From Patescibacteria group bacterium (GTDB lineage: Bacteria > Patescibacteriota > Saccharimonadia > Saccharimonadales > JANWIN01), in NCBI GenBank assembly GCA_035480855.1, contig DATIHJ010000013.1, forward strand, positions 45,659 to 109,658: a DNA stretch of 64,000 nt, in the 5' to 3' direction. Under the pieces are notes generated by a model, which saw only the letters and a program-made list of their open reading frames with translations, did not search any database and was not told where the DNA came from. How positions within the stretch are numbered: the first letter of the stretch is position 1; every line of letters begins with the position of its first letter. Below are positions 47,276 through 56,533 of this stretch, in pieces. The translations under genes were made by a program, and so were the position numbers.

Positions 47276-48057
47276 TGTGGAATAAGCTTTACTACGAGGC
47301 TACCGATACATGGGCCATCACCCGGCGCAACCTGCTGCGCTATATCCGCCTTCCCCAACTAGTGTTCTTTAGCTCCATTCAACCCATTATCTTTTTGACG
47401 CTGTTCAACTTTGTATTTGGTGGTGCCCTTAGCCACTCCGGAGCAGCCATACATGGCAGATACATTAACTACTTGTTACCAGGCATTATGGTGCAGGTGA
47501 CGTTATTTGGAGGCTTGCAAACAGGCATTGGCCTAGCCCGCGACATTAACAGCGGTATAATTGATCGCTTTCGTAGCCTGCCCATGAGCCGGGCGGCTGT
47601 ACTAGCCGGTCGCACCCTTGCAGATATGTTGCGCAACGTCACCGTTGTGGCCATTATGCTAGTAGTTGGCTATCTCTATGGCTTCCGCTTTTCAAATGGT
47701 TTTCTAGGAGCCATTGGCATGGTGTCTGTATTACTTCTGTTTGGTTTTGCATTCTCATGGTTTGCGGCCTTTTTAGGTATGACACTTAAAGACGAGGAAA
47801 CGGCCCAGCTGGCTGGCTTTGTGTTTGTTTTTCCACTGGTGTTTGCCAGTGCAGCCTTTGTGCCAGTAGCCAGTATGGCTAGCTGGTTGCAGCATTTTGC
47901 CAACAACCAACCTATAACTTTTGCGGCCAGCGGCGCGCGTGAACTTGCGCTTGGAATTCCCAGTCATGGGGCTATTTGGAAACTGCTTGTATGGGCAGTT
48001 GGGATTTTGTTAGTTTTTGTACCTCTATCTGTTATGGCTTATCGCCGTCGCACCTAA
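47275..48057 (+). CDS. ABC-2 type transporter permease
   Basis: 260 aa with six TM segments. Its start overlaps the ATPase stop (TAATG). Confidence 0.85.
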   Translation: MWNKLYYEATDTWAITRRNLLRYIRLPQLVFFSSIQPIIFLTLFNFVFGGALSHSGAAIHGRYINYLLPGIMVQVTLFGGLQTGIGLARDINSGIIDRFRSLPMSRAAVLAGRTLADMLRNVTVVAIMLVVGYLYGFRFSNGFLGAIGMVSVLLLFGFAFSWFAAFLGMTLKDEETAQLAGFVFVFPLVFASAAFVPVASMASWLQHFANNQPITFAASGARELALGIPSHGAIWKLLVWAVGILLVFVPLSVMAYRRRT

Positions 48058-48081
48058 CCTAGCTGGTATACTTAAGCGGTA

Positions 48082-48417
48082 ATGGATAGTAATCAAGGTT
48101 TGGGGGCGAGCAACGCCAATCAATTAAATACCACTGGTAATCCGCAAGATGTGGGTAGTCCTGTTTTGCTGCCTAGTAGCGGCAATATACAAGGGCTGGC
48201 CGTCACCAGCAACAACCTCAATACTAGTGGTACTACTGGCATACATCTTTCAAACTCTACCCAGGCTATATTTACACCAGATAGTTCTACTTCTGCCACT
48301 CAAACGCACAAAGCCTCACCACTTCTAATAGTTGGCAGCATACTCTTACTGCTAACTGCAATTGCCGTTTTCGTGGCTGTTTGGCGAGGTGGTCGTACTT
48401 CAAAATCCAAGACTTAA
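48082..48417 (+). CDS. Hypothetical S/T/N-rich protein with C-terminal membrane anchor
   Basis: 111 aa. It has a low-complexity N-terminal part and a C-terminal LLIVGSILLLLTAIAVFVAVW plus a basic tail. Confidence 0.4.
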   Translation: MDSNQGLGASNANQLNTTGNPQDVGSPVLLPSSGNIQGLAVTSNNLNTSGTTGIHLSNSTQAIFTPDSSTSATQTHKASPLLIVGSILLLLTAIAVFVAVWRGGRTSKSKT

Positions 48418-48447
48418 GAAGCCGTTTTCTGCTATGCTATTAAGCAT

Positions 48448-50331
48448 ATGCACGATACCCCACCAGATGACGTTGACACTCCACCGGGTAATGAAGCCCT
48501 AGATCACCATGTCAAAGAATTGATGGGCCCATCACCCACAGAAACTGAACCTACTCCGCCAGAAACTGCCAAAAATGACGATGAACCGGTACCACCTGCA
48601 CCACAATCTGTAATTGAGCCAGACAGCCCGCCAGAAGACGTTGCCACTGAGGGCGCGGTAGACGACATTGCCGCCAAAGAAGGCGATGAAGTACTTGCGG
48701 CAGAAGATGCTGAAGTTGCCAAAGCCTTTGAACAGCCCAAAAAGAGCAAGCTAGTTGCCGTTAAACAGTTTTTTAAAAAGTGGTGGGACAACCCCAAAGC
48801 CCGCTGGGCAACCATTGCCGGGCTGGTAGCAGTTTTAATACTAATAATTGCCCTACCTGTCACACGTTATTTTTTGCTTAACAGTGTTGGCGTACGTGGC
48901 AAGGCCTCCGTAATCGTGCTGGATGACTCGACTCAGCTGCCGCTTAAAAATGTCCAAGTTAGCGTTGGTGGCCAGTCGTCAAAAACTGATAGTAACGGTG
49001 TAGCAAACCTTGCCCATGTCAAATTAGGGCATTCTGAGCTGGTTATCAGCAAACCGGCCTTTGCTACCGAGAAGCAAGGTGTGACACTGGGCTGGGGAAG
49101 CAATCCGCTTGGCAGTCGTCCTATAACGGCTGTAGGTGCCCAATACACCTTTGTGGTCAAGGATTGGCTAAGCGGCAAGCCAGTACCTAAAGCTGAAGCT
49201 GCCAGTGGCGACGCCAACGCCCAGTCAGACAAAAACGGCAAAATTGTTCTTACAGTAGATGTTAAGGGTGATGTTACCAGCCTACCCGTAAGTATTTCTG
49301 CTAGCAATTACCGCACAGAAAAGCTTGCGCTCGACCTAAGCCTCAAGGCTCCTCAAGCTGTCAATATGGTGCCTGGCAGGCGGCAAGTGTTTGTGTCTAA
49401 CCGTTCTGGCAAGGACGACCTGTACAAAATAGATGTAGACGGCAAAAATGAAAAGCTAATCCTAGCTGGAACTGGCAGCGAGCAAGATAACATTGCCTTA
49501 GTGCCACACCCCACAGACGAAGTTGCGGCCATGGTCTCTACTAGAGATAATGTTCATAACGGCGACGGATTTTTGTTAAGCACACTAACACTCGTAGATC
49601 TCAGTGACGACACTACCTCAACTTTAGCCCAATCTGAGCGAATTCAGCTAGTTGGATGGGTTGGCAGTAGGCTTATTTATGTACAGATTGCAGCTGGTGC
49701 TAGTGCCACGAACCCCAAACGCTACCTACTCATTTCCTACGATTACAAAGACAAAGTCAAAGACGAGCTAGCATCTGCTAACTCTTTTAACGATGTTATT
49801 TTAGTTGGAGGTAACATTTATTATTCTCAGGCAAGTACTTTTGCCACTGATCCTAATACCGGACTTTATAAAACTAGTGCTGATGGCAAAATCAAAAAAC
49901 CATTACTCAGCCAAGAGGTTTGGAACATATTCCGGGTTAGTTATTCTACATTCGATTTGTCAGTGCAGCAGAACTGGTACCAATATAACCTCAGTGACTT
50001 ATTGCCCACTAAGCTAAGTACAGTACCGGCTAACCCCAAGAGCCGAGTCTACCTAGATAGCCCAGATGGCAAACATAGCTTGTGGGTGGACCAGCGCGAT
50101 GGCAAGGGTGTATTGCTTTCATATGATACAACTGCTAAAACAGACAAAGTTTTGCTGAGCCAAAGCGGCCTAAGCTATCCAGTGCGCTGGCTGAGCAACA
50201 ATACACTTATCTACAGAATCCATACCCCATCAGAAACAACTGACTATGTTCTAAACACCGATGGCGGCCAACCCCACAAAATACGTGACGTCTTCAATAC
50301 CGCCGGCTTAGAGCTGTGGTACTACTACTAA
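48448..50331 (+). CDS. Single-pass membrane protein with acidic/Pro-rich N-terminus, CarboxypepD_reg-like beta-sandwich repeats and TolB/PD40-like beta-propeller
   Basis: TM WATIAGLVAVLILIIALPV; VIVLDDSTQLPLKNVQVSVGGQSSKTDSNGVANL and a second similar unit; then VFVSNRSGKDDLYKIDVDGKNEKLI (PD40-type). Confidence 0.55.
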   Translation: MHDTPPDDVDTPPGNEALDHHVKELMGPSPTETEPTPPETAKNDDEPVPPAPQSVIEPDSPPEDVATEGAVDDIAAKEGDEVLAAEDAEVAKAFEQPKKSKLVAVKQFFKKWWDNPKARWATIAGLVAVLILIIALPVTRYFLLNSVGVRGKASVIVLDDSTQLPLKNVQVSVGGQSSKTDSNGVANLAHVKLGHSELVISKPAFATEKQGVTLGWGSNPLGSRPITAVGAQYTFVVKDWLSGKPVPKAEAASGDANAQSDKNGKIVLTVDVKGDVTSLPVSISASNYRTEKLALDLSLKAPQAVNMVPGRRQVFVSNRSGKDDLYKIDVDGKNEKLILAGTGSEQDNIALVPHPTDEVAAMVSTRDNVHNGDGFLLSTLTLVDLSDDTTSTLAQSERIQLVGWVGSRLIYVQIAAGASATNPKRYLLISYDYKDKVKDELASANSFNDVILVGGNIYYSQASTFATDPNTGLYKTSADGKIKKPLLSQEVWNIFRVSYSTFDLSVQQNWYQYNLSDLLPTKLSTVPANPKSRVYLDSPDGKHSLWVDQRDGKGVLLSYDTTAKTDKVLLSQSGLSYPVRWLSNNTLIYRIHTPSETTDYVLNTDGGQPHKIRDVFNTAGLELWYYY

Positions 50332-50380
50332 ATTTGGATGTACTTTTCTATTGGTCCAAGAGAATTGCTACAATTGAGCC

Positions 50381-50995
50381 ATGTATATTGACCTATCAAT
50401 GCCGGTTAATGAAAAAACTGTAGTTTTTCCTGGGGACACCAAGCCTGTTTTTGAGCAGGCTGGAACTCTTGCCAAAGATGGATTTGTCGATCATGTAATT
50501 CATATCAATAACCACTTGGGTACACACATTGATGCCCCTGACCACATGCTTGAAAATATAAAAATGCTAAATGAATATCCAGTAGATAGATTTATATGTG
50601 ACGCTATCTGTATAGATGCTCGTGGCCACGCAAGACTGGGAGTAGACCTGCTCAATGGTGTAGAAATGAGCCCCAGACAAGCTGTTCTTTTCTATACGGG
50701 ACAAGGAGATAACTACAAAGAGCAGGCTTATGCCACAGACTACCCACCCATAGATATAGAGTTGGCCACCAAACTTGCAGACAGCAAAGTCTCCATGGTT
50801 GGTGTTGATATGATTAGTTTTGACCATGATGCACCGTTCCCAATCCACAAAGCCTTGTTATCAAAAGATGTTTTACTCATAGAAAACTTAGTAAACCTGG
50901 GCAGCGTTGTGGGCAAAAACTTTAAATTGTACGCGCTGCCAATCAAACTAGAACTTCACGCTGCACCCGCCCGTGTTATGGCGCAGGTTAGCTAA
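50381..50995 (+). CDS. Cyclase-family protein (kynurenine formamidase-like)
   Basis: HLGTHIDAPDH matches the HxGTHxDxPxH metal-binding motif of the putative cyclase family. Confidence 0.8.
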   Translation: MYIDLSMPVNEKTVVFPGDTKPVFEQAGTLAKDGFVDHVIHINNHLGTHIDAPDHMLENIKMLNEYPVDRFICDAICIDARGHARLGVDLLNGVEMSPRQAVLFYTGQGDNYKEQAYATDYPPIDIELATKLADSKVSMVGVDMISFDHDAPFPIHKALLSKDVLLIENLVNLGSVVGKNFKLYALPIKLELHAAPARVMAQVS

Positions 50996-51002
50996 ATCAC
51001 TT

Positions 51003-51011
51003 TGGTATAAT
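51003..51011 (+). promoter_or_regulatory. Consensus extended -10 box TGGTATAAT, 8 nt upstream of the ATG at 51020
   Basis: TGGTATAAT-TAGGGCAT-ATG. Confidence 0.45.
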
Positions 51012-51019
51012 TAGGGCAT

Positions 51020-51262
51020 ATGACAAAACGCAAAAATATAAAAGTTCGCAAAGGTGCATGGTTTATCAAGGTTAGAGGGAGTTATTTGCCCTATAGCTGG
51101 CAGGGCTGGCTAAGCTACATTCCTTTTGTAGGCTTTCTGGTTTGGTCCATCATCTGGGCTTTTAATACCTCCCAGCCTGTTAGCCAGACGGCACTACTCC
51201 TATTTCCGTCCTGGATAGCAGCTGCTGTGGTTATGACCTGGCTAGCCGCAAGAACATCTTAA
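51020..51262 (+). CDS. Small membrane protein, unknown function
   Basis: 80 aa with a basic N-terminus followed by two hydrophobic helices. Confidence 0.4.
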   Translation: MTKRKNIKVRKGAWFIKVRGSYLPYSWQGWLSYIPFVGFLVWSIIWAFNTSQPVSQTALLLFPSWIAAAVVMTWLAARTS

Positions 51263-51340
51263 ATCGCTTATGATACAATACAATTATAAGTAACAAAAAG
51301 CCGTAACCTATTAATCCTAGAACCATAAGGAGCCCACGCT

Positions 51341-51721
51341 ATGGACGAGCAACCCACAACCCCACCAGCAACACCTAATCCCACACCAGAACCCAGTAGT
51401 CCGCCAGCTACAGATATGCCGTCATCACAACCACCAGCTCCTAGTGCTGCCCCTGTAGAAGACACAATCTCACCAGAGACTCCACCATCTAGTCAGCCTT
51501 CTAGTCCAACTTTAGGCTACAGCTCAGAGCCTTCGTCTACCTCTGCTTCTGCCCCATCAGGCGCTACTCCCTCAAGTGCTCCTACCTCTCCTATGGGACA
51601 AGCTCCATCTGCCAGTTCTGCCAAATCGCATGGTGACAGCAAAAAGATGGGCAAAATTGTAGCGATTGCAGTAGTTGCTATCATTTTGATTGTTGTCGTA
51701 GTCGTTCTCATGTCCAAGTAA
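51341..51721 (+). CDS. Pro/Ser/Thr-rich protein with C-terminal TM anchor
   Basis: 126 aa with an AAGGAG SD. It has low-complexity PST repeats, then IVAIAVVAIILIVVVVVLM. Confidence 0.45.
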   Translation: MDEQPTTPPATPNPTPEPSSPPATDMPSSQPPAPSAAPVEDTISPETPPSSQPSSPTLGYSSEPSSTSASAPSGATPSSAPTSPMGQAPSASSAKSHGDSKKMGKIVAIAVVAIILIVVVVVLMSK

Positions 51722-51768
51722 TTAATCCCTGTTACTCTTTAGCCTCAGCGATGTTAATATAGAGACCA

Positions 51769-52368
51769 ATGGCTGCTCTATTTGATTCGCTTAATGACAA
51801 ACAGCTGATACAACTTCTGAAAGATGGGGCAGTAGGTGTATTACCAACAGATACTGTCTATGGACTAGTCTGTGTAGCCAGCAATCCAGAAGCAGTAGAG
51901 CGCCTCTATAAACTCAAAAACCGATATGACAGACCCGGTACACTTATTGCCGCTAATATTGATCAACTTGTAGAGCTTGGTTTCAAGAGGCGTTACCTAA
52001 AAGCCGTGGAGCAATTCTGGCCGGGTCCAGTTAGTGTGGAAACACCATATAGCGAGTCATCAGGAGCATATATCAGGCAGACGCAACCAACTATTGCTGT
52101 ACGCATCCCTGCAGATAAGAAAGTAATTGCGCTGTTGCTTCAGACCGGGCCTTTATTGACATCTAGTGCCAATGCTCCAGAGCAACCAACCTCTAAAACA
52201 ATCGAGGAGGCTGAAGTGTATTTTCAAGACAATGTGGATTTTTATGTCGATGGTGGTGACCTAAAAGACCGTAAGTCTTCCACTATAATCCGGATTGTTG
52301 ATGACGAGATTGAAGTTCTACGCGAAGGCGCTGTTAAAATTGATGCCAACAAGGGGATAGTTAAATGA
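51769..52368 (+). CDS. tsaC: L-threonylcarbamoyladenylate synthase (TsaC/YrdC family)
   Basis: GVLPTDTVYGLVC, KLKNRYDRPGTLI, WPGPVSV and SSANAPEQP, the YrdC domain motifs. Confidence 0.85.
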   Translation: MAALFDSLNDKQLIQLLKDGAVGVLPTDTVYGLVCVASNPEAVERLYKLKNRYDRPGTLIAANIDQLVELGFKRRYLKAVEQFWPGPVSVETPYSESSGAYIRQTQPTIAVRIPADKKVIALLLQTGPLLTSSANAPEQPTSKTIEEAEVYFQDNVDFYVDGGDLKDRKSSTIIRIVDDEIEVLREGAVKIDANKGIVK

Positions 52369-52697
52369 CGTTTGATGAGTATCAGAAAAAGGCTCTAACT
52401 ACAGCGGTTATCAATCCAGATCCTTTAATGGATAAAACCATCTGGGCTATGGGTGTAGCTGGTGAGGCTGGCGAAGTGGTAGAAAAGTGGAAAAAGATTG
52501 TTGCCTACAAAGATGGCAAGGTAAGCTCAGAGGACCTAGCTGAGCTCAAAAAAGAGCTAGGCGACGTTGTCTGGTACATTGCCGTGCTAGCTAACAGCTT
52601 GGGACTCACGCTAGAGGAGGTTATGCGGCTAAATGTAGAAAAACTAGCCAGCCGCAAAAAACGTGGGGTCATAAAAGGTAAGGGCGATAACCGTTGA
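52365..52697 (+). CDS. MazG-like nucleoside triphosphate pyrophosphohydrolase
   Basis: MTFDEYQKKA...GVAGEAGEVVEKWKK...ELGDVVWYIAVLA...NVEKLASR, the all-alpha MazG/YpjD pattern. Confidence 0.75.
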   Translation: MTFDEYQKKALTTAVINPDPLMDKTIWAMGVAGEAGEVVEKWKKIVAYKDGKVSSEDLAELKKELGDVVWYIAVLANSLGLTLEEVMRLNVEKLASRKKRGVIKGKGDNR

Positions 52698-53170
52698 ATT
52701 ATAATACTGCTCAGCCGCACATAGCTTGCTATGTAGTTTTGCGCATGGGATCCAAAATTGCCTTTGTATTACGAAGTAACACTGATTATATGAACGGCTG
52801 TTATGGCTTACCTTCTGGAAAAGTCGAAAAGAACGAGTCGTTTGTACAGGGAGCTGTAAGGGAAGCGAAAGAAGAAGTGGGCATAGAAGTAAAACCAAGT
52901 GACCTTAAACAACTAATAACTGTACATCGCTTTGACAATACTTCTCACATAAACGATTGGGTTGATGTATATTTTGAGGCAACAAAGTGGAAAGGCAAGC
53001 CGTACAATGCCGAGCCACATTTGCATAGCAAATTAGAATGGCTAGATCCTGTCAATTTGCCAGAAAATATAGTACCAGCTGTACTGTTTACGCTTAGTGA
53101 AATCAAAAAGGGTAAAAGATATAGTGAATACGGCTGGGGAAGTAAGATAGATAAAAAGGAGAAATTATGA
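52694..53170 (+). CDS. NUDIX hydrolase
   Basis: A perfect Nudix box: GKVEKNESFVQGAVREAKEEVGI (Gx5Ex7REUxEExGU). Confidence 0.85.
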   Translation: MNYNTAQPHIACYVVLRMGSKIAFVLRSNTDYMNGCYGLPSGKVEKNESFVQGAVREAKEEVGIEVKPSDLKQLITVHRFDNTSHINDWVDVYFEATKWKGKPYNAEPHLHSKLEWLDPVNLPENIVPAVLFTLSEIKKGKRYSEYGWGSKIDKKEKL

Positions 53171-53628
53171 ACGCGGAAGAAGCAATCAGGGAATATTTGC
53201 CAACAGGTAATGTTATGCAGTTGGCTACCTCTGTTGATGGGCAACCTTGGGTCTGTACTGTGCACTTCTATTCAGACGATAATCTTAACCTTTATTGGAT
53301 TAGCATGCCTGATCGCCGGCACTCCAAAGAGATTACGCAAAACCCTAAAGTTGCTGCAACCATTATGGTGCATGAAAATACTAAGGATGAGCCATATGTG
53401 ATTGGCATAACTATTGAGGGGACAGCTGAATTTATAGGCGAATATGCCAATGAGCAAATAGGCAAGGGCTACGTAGAAAAGCACCACATAGGTCCAGAGT
53501 TTTTATCAGACATCCAGAGCGGCAAAAACCCTAACAAATTCTACAAACTTAAGCCTTCAAACATAGTAATGTTCAACAACAAAGATTTCCCAGACAACCC
53601 GCGCCAAGAATGGACACCAACCTCCTAA
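53167..53628 (+). CDS. Pyridoxamine 5'-phosphate oxidase-family (FMN-binding split-barrel) protein
   Basis: NVMQLATSVDGQPWVCTVHFYSDDNLNLYWIS...RHSKEITQNPKVAATI follows the general-stress-protein-26/PNPOx-like pattern. Confidence 0.7.
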   Translation: MNAEEAIREYLPTGNVMQLATSVDGQPWVCTVHFYSDDNLNLYWISMPDRRHSKEITQNPKVAATIMVHENTKDEPYVIGITIEGTAEFIGEYANEQIGKGYVEKHHIGPEFLSDIQSGKNPNKFYKLKPSNIVMFNNKDFPDNPRQEWTPTS

Positions 53629-54047
53629 AGGGAGTCAATAAATTCTTCTATTACTTTCTTTGTTTGTTTAATGTCGTTGTACTCAAAAACATGGATGTAG
53701 GGATTGCCAGTTATCATTGGTGATAACCACCTATCGTATCCTGTATAAAAAAGGGCCAAGACAGGTGTACCGCTTTGTTCGGCTATGGCAATTTCATATC
53801 CTACACCCAGGCTAGGCTGGGTAACCTCTGCAATGAATGCATCGGCCTTTTGTACCCACTGCACATCACGTTTATAAACCTTGGCGGGGTTTTTCTTCAT
53901 CCCTACCTCTGGTTTTAGTTCCATATCGGCAAACATTTCGCTAATTACTTCTGCTCCGGCTTCTTTTATGTATTTAACAATATCTGCATATACATGAGCG
54001 TGGTCACGACCACCGGCAATTGAACAACCAAAATAGACTCGCTTCAC
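53625..54047 (-). CDS. 2'-deoxynucleoside 5'-phosphate N-hydrolase (DNPH1/Rcl-like; nucleoside 2-deoxyribosyltransferase superfamily)
   Basis: VYFGCSIAGGRDHA and IAEVTQPSLGVGYEIAIA closely track the DNPH1 motifs (FCGSIRGGR...AEVTQPSLGVGYELG). The GTG start overlaps the upstream stop (GTGA). Confidence 0.8.
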   Translation of the reverse strand: MKRVYFGCSIAGGRDHAHVYADIVKYIKEAGAEVISEMFADMELKPEVGMKKNPAKVYKRDVQWVQKADAFIAEVTQPSLGVGYEIAIAEQSGTPVLALFYTGYDRWLSPMITGNPYIHVFEYNDIKQTKKVIEEFIDSL

Positions 54048-55351
54048 TGACCAAATTCCTCACGGATCCATTCGTCCAGGCTATCGCCGCCTCCACCGGC
54101 CATACATACCACCATATCTCCACCATCAAGATGCTCCTGGATAGCTTTAACCAGCTTTTTATCACGTTGGGCAGGCTCAGCAATAGATGGGTCATCCAGC
54201 TGCTTGACTAGCTCGTCTGGTCGCAGTACGTGTTGGGCCGGATCCTCGCGCGCCAGATAGCTAGGTACCCAGTAGACTTTTTTAGCACCCTTGAAGCAAT
54301 CTTTGTAATCAGCAGCCATATAATGCTGACGGCGATTAGTCAGAGGCTCATAAACCACCACAACGTTTTGCTTTTTGTCTTTGGCCATTTCAAGCGCTAC
54401 ACTCATGGCCCCACGTATTTTCTCTGGTGTGTGAGCGTAATCACTGTAGAGTCCCGGCACAATCTCTTCCATGCGGCGCTGTAAGCCAGGGAACTTGTTC
54501 ATATGCTCCACTAGTTTTTTAACGGGCTCATTAGTAACTTCATGCACAGCCTGAATTGCAAGCCAAGCATCTAGGCGGGTATAGAGGCCAGGAAGTTGTA
54601 TATCGTATTTAGAACTCCGTATAACGCCTGAATCCTGGATAGATAGGCTAGCATTTGTCTCCAGACCCAGATAATTGGCGTCTTCTTGCCATAGAATAGT
54701 CCACTTACTTTGACTAATGAATTCTTTGAACGCTTCCTTGTAATCTTCACGGGTAGGGAAGATCTCGTGATGGTCCCAGCTAACGCCGCTAATAAGGCTA
54801 ATGTAGGGCTCAAAGGCCAGAAAGTTACGGTCAAACTCATCACACTCGTATACAAAGTACTCGCTTTTTGGCTCAAACTCGCCCATATCACCAAAGCTAA
54901 TCTTTGCTCCCAAGGAATAGCTAACTGGGTGCTCTAGCTGCTTAAATAGCCAGACTACCATGGTGGTGGTAGTAGTTTTGCCATGCGTGCCAGCAATGGC
55001 TATCATTTTAAGGTGTTTTTCGTCTAGGATTGCATTAATTAGACCGTCACGTTTACTAGTCTTGATGTCCTGTTCACTCACAAATCTGAGCTCTTCTGCG
55101 TCGGCGTTTTCTTTTTCAATCGCAGAGGAATATACATACCAATCTATTGGTTTTTTGTCATGAATGGCGGCGATATATTCCCGGCTTTGGCCTATATGAA
55201 TGTCAGGTATGCCGTGTTTTTTAAGATAAGCCACATACTGAGAATCTTGTTTATCAGAGCCAGACACCTCATGTCCAGCTTGTTTGGCTACCAGTGCCAG
55301 GGGTCCAATGCCGGCACCACCTATACCACTAAAGAAGATATGCATGCTCAT
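54044..55351 (-). CDS. Mur ligase family protein, MurC-like (UDP-N-acetylmuramate--L-alanine ligase or Mpl-like)
   Basis: MSMHIFFSGIGGAGIGPLALVAKQAGHEVSGSD, AGTHGKTTTTTM, ECDEFDRNFL and SDYAHTPEKI. The ATG at 55351 is preferred over the track start at 55426. Confidence 0.65.
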   Translation of the reverse strand: MSMHIFFSGIGGAGIGPLALVAKQAGHEVSGSDKQDSQYVAYLKKHGIPDIHIGQSREYIAAIHDKKPIDWYVYSSAIEKENADAEELRFVSEQDIKTSKRDGLINAILDEKHLKMIAIAGTHGKTTTTTMVVWLFKQLEHPVSYSLGAKISFGDMGEFEPKSEYFVYECDEFDRNFLAFEPYISLISGVSWDHHEIFPTREDYKEAFKEFISQSKWTILWQEDANYLGLETNASLSIQDSGVIRSSKYDIQLPGLYTRLDAWLAIQAVHEVTNEPVKKLVEHMNKFPGLQRRMEEIVPGLYSDYAHTPEKIRGAMSVALEMAKDKKQNVVVVYEPLTNRRQHYMAADYKDCFKGAKKVYWVPSYLAREDPAQHVLRPDELVKQLDDPSIAEPAQRDKKLVKAIQEHLDGGDMVVCMAGGGGDSLDEWIREEFGQ

Positions 55352-55407
55352 AAGTATAAAGTTAAAAGTGAAAAGTCTAAAGAGTACAGGGTATAATCGT
55401 AAGCAAG

Positions 55408-56025
55408 ATGACAAAAAAGCTTCCACACCGCATCTTGGCCAAGCTCCGGCCTATTAGCCCGTGGTATTTATTGGTGGCCGCAGTTATTTGTGGTTCAGTC
55501 TGTGTGTACAGTCTACGTAATAACAACTTGAATATGGTCAAGCTGCGCGCTGACGTGTTTCAAGCAGATAAGTCAGGTAATGGCGTAGAGGCAGCCCTCA
55601 AGAATTTGCGCGAGTATGTGTATGCCCACATGAATACAAGCTTAGATAGCGGAACAAGCGTTAGACCGCCCATACAGCTCAAATATACCTATGACCGGCT
55701 TGTTAAGGCCCAAAACGCCCAAGCGGGCCTCAGCAGTGACCAAGTGTATACCGATGCCCAGACCTACTGCCAGCAGCAGATACCTCAGGGTCTTTCCGGC
55801 CGCGGCCGGGTACCCTGTATTACCGAATATGTAAGTACTCACGGCGCTGCCGCTCCCAAGCAGACTATTCCCACGAGTCTGTATCAGTTCGATTTTGTCT
55901 CACCTGCCTGGTCACCAGACCTGGCCGGCTGGAGTATGTTACTAACTATTATCTTCTTCGTGCTATTTGTAGTCCGCTACGGATTAGATCGCTGGCTTAA
56001 GGCCGAACTTCACGATCAGCTATAA
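55408..56025 (+). CDS. Membrane protein of unknown function (N- and C-terminal TM helices, extracytoplasmic middle with Cys pair)
   Basis: 205 aa with TM helices WYLLVAAVICGSVCVY and MLLTIIFFVLFVV. Confidence 0.5.
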   Translation: MTKKLPHRILAKLRPISPWYLLVAAVICGSVCVYSLRNNNLNMVKLRADVFQADKSGNGVEAALKNLREYVYAHMNTSLDSGTSVRPPIQLKYTYDRLVKAQNAQAGLSSDQVYTDAQTYCQQQIPQGLSGRGRVPCITEYVSTHGAAAPKQTIPTSLYQFDFVSPAWSPDLAGWSMLLTIIFFVLFVVRYGLDRWLKAELHDQL

Positions 56026-56035
56026 AAGTAGGATA

Positions 56036-56070
56036 TAAAAAGAGCGCCTCATCTGGGCGCTCTTATTTAT
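56036..56070. terminator. Bidirectional intrinsic terminator between convergent genes
   Basis: AAAAAGAGCGCC-TCATCTG-GGCGCTCTTATTTAT: an 8-bp GC-rich stem flanked by an A-run on the left and a T-run on the right. Confidence 0.65.
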
Positions 56071-56082
56071 GCTTGTCTAGTG

Positions 56083-56277
56083 TTACTTTCGCTTGACAGT
56101 CAAAAACCCGTTGCGTGGGTTCTCGTTGACCTCAAAGCCATCTGGCAAATCAGCGGCTTCTGGACGTGAGTCCTTGCTAAAGTAATAAATGGTTTGCTCT
56201 TTGCCACCCCGTAATGTTACCTTCTTGGAATTTAGGTGGTATGTGACACCTTTAGAGTTTGTGTGCTTGTATGCCAT
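56083..56277 (-). CDS. Small conserved-looking hypothetical protein
   Basis: 64 aa, MAYKHTNSKGVTYHLNSKKVTLRGGKEQTIYYFSKD...; GGGAG SD; TTGACA-N17-GTATGT upstream. Confidence 0.5.
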   Translation of the reverse strand: MAYKHTNSKGVTYHLNSKKVTLRGGKEQTIYYFSKDSRPEAADLPDGFEVNENPRNGFLTVKRK

Positions 56278-56533
56278 GCTACAACGCTCCCTCTCTTATC
56301 TTTAGTAGTACCCCTAACATACTCTGCCTTGTTTTACCTTGTCAACCCCGTAGTCGGCTTTTGTACCCCGTTATCATCTGTAAATACTACGTTTGTCAGG
56401 GGTGAATTGACGTTAAATTTACGGAGCTAGTTAATGATTGTGTATCAGGTATAAAGCCAGCGGTTGCACTCTAAGCCGCTTATGTATTACACTAAAAGCC
56501 GTAGTTATTTCTAAAACATAAGGTGGTTAGCTC

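Noticed and set aside
48082-48417. LPSSG in the 111-aa protein as a sortase LPxTG sorting signal.
   Set aside because: The motif lies near the N-terminus (residues ~29-33), about 55 aa before the C-terminal TM helix. It is not in the position required for a sorting signal.
56278-56533. 256-bp intergenic region with a long-range pairing (GTCAACCCC ... GGGGTGAATTGAC), considered as a possible ncRNA (SRP, 6S and others).
   Set aside because: I found no match to conserved cores I can recall (SRP, RNase P, tmRNA, 6S). The region is adequately explained by the divergent promoters and 5' regions of the 56277 (-) and 56534 (+) genes. It remains untested.
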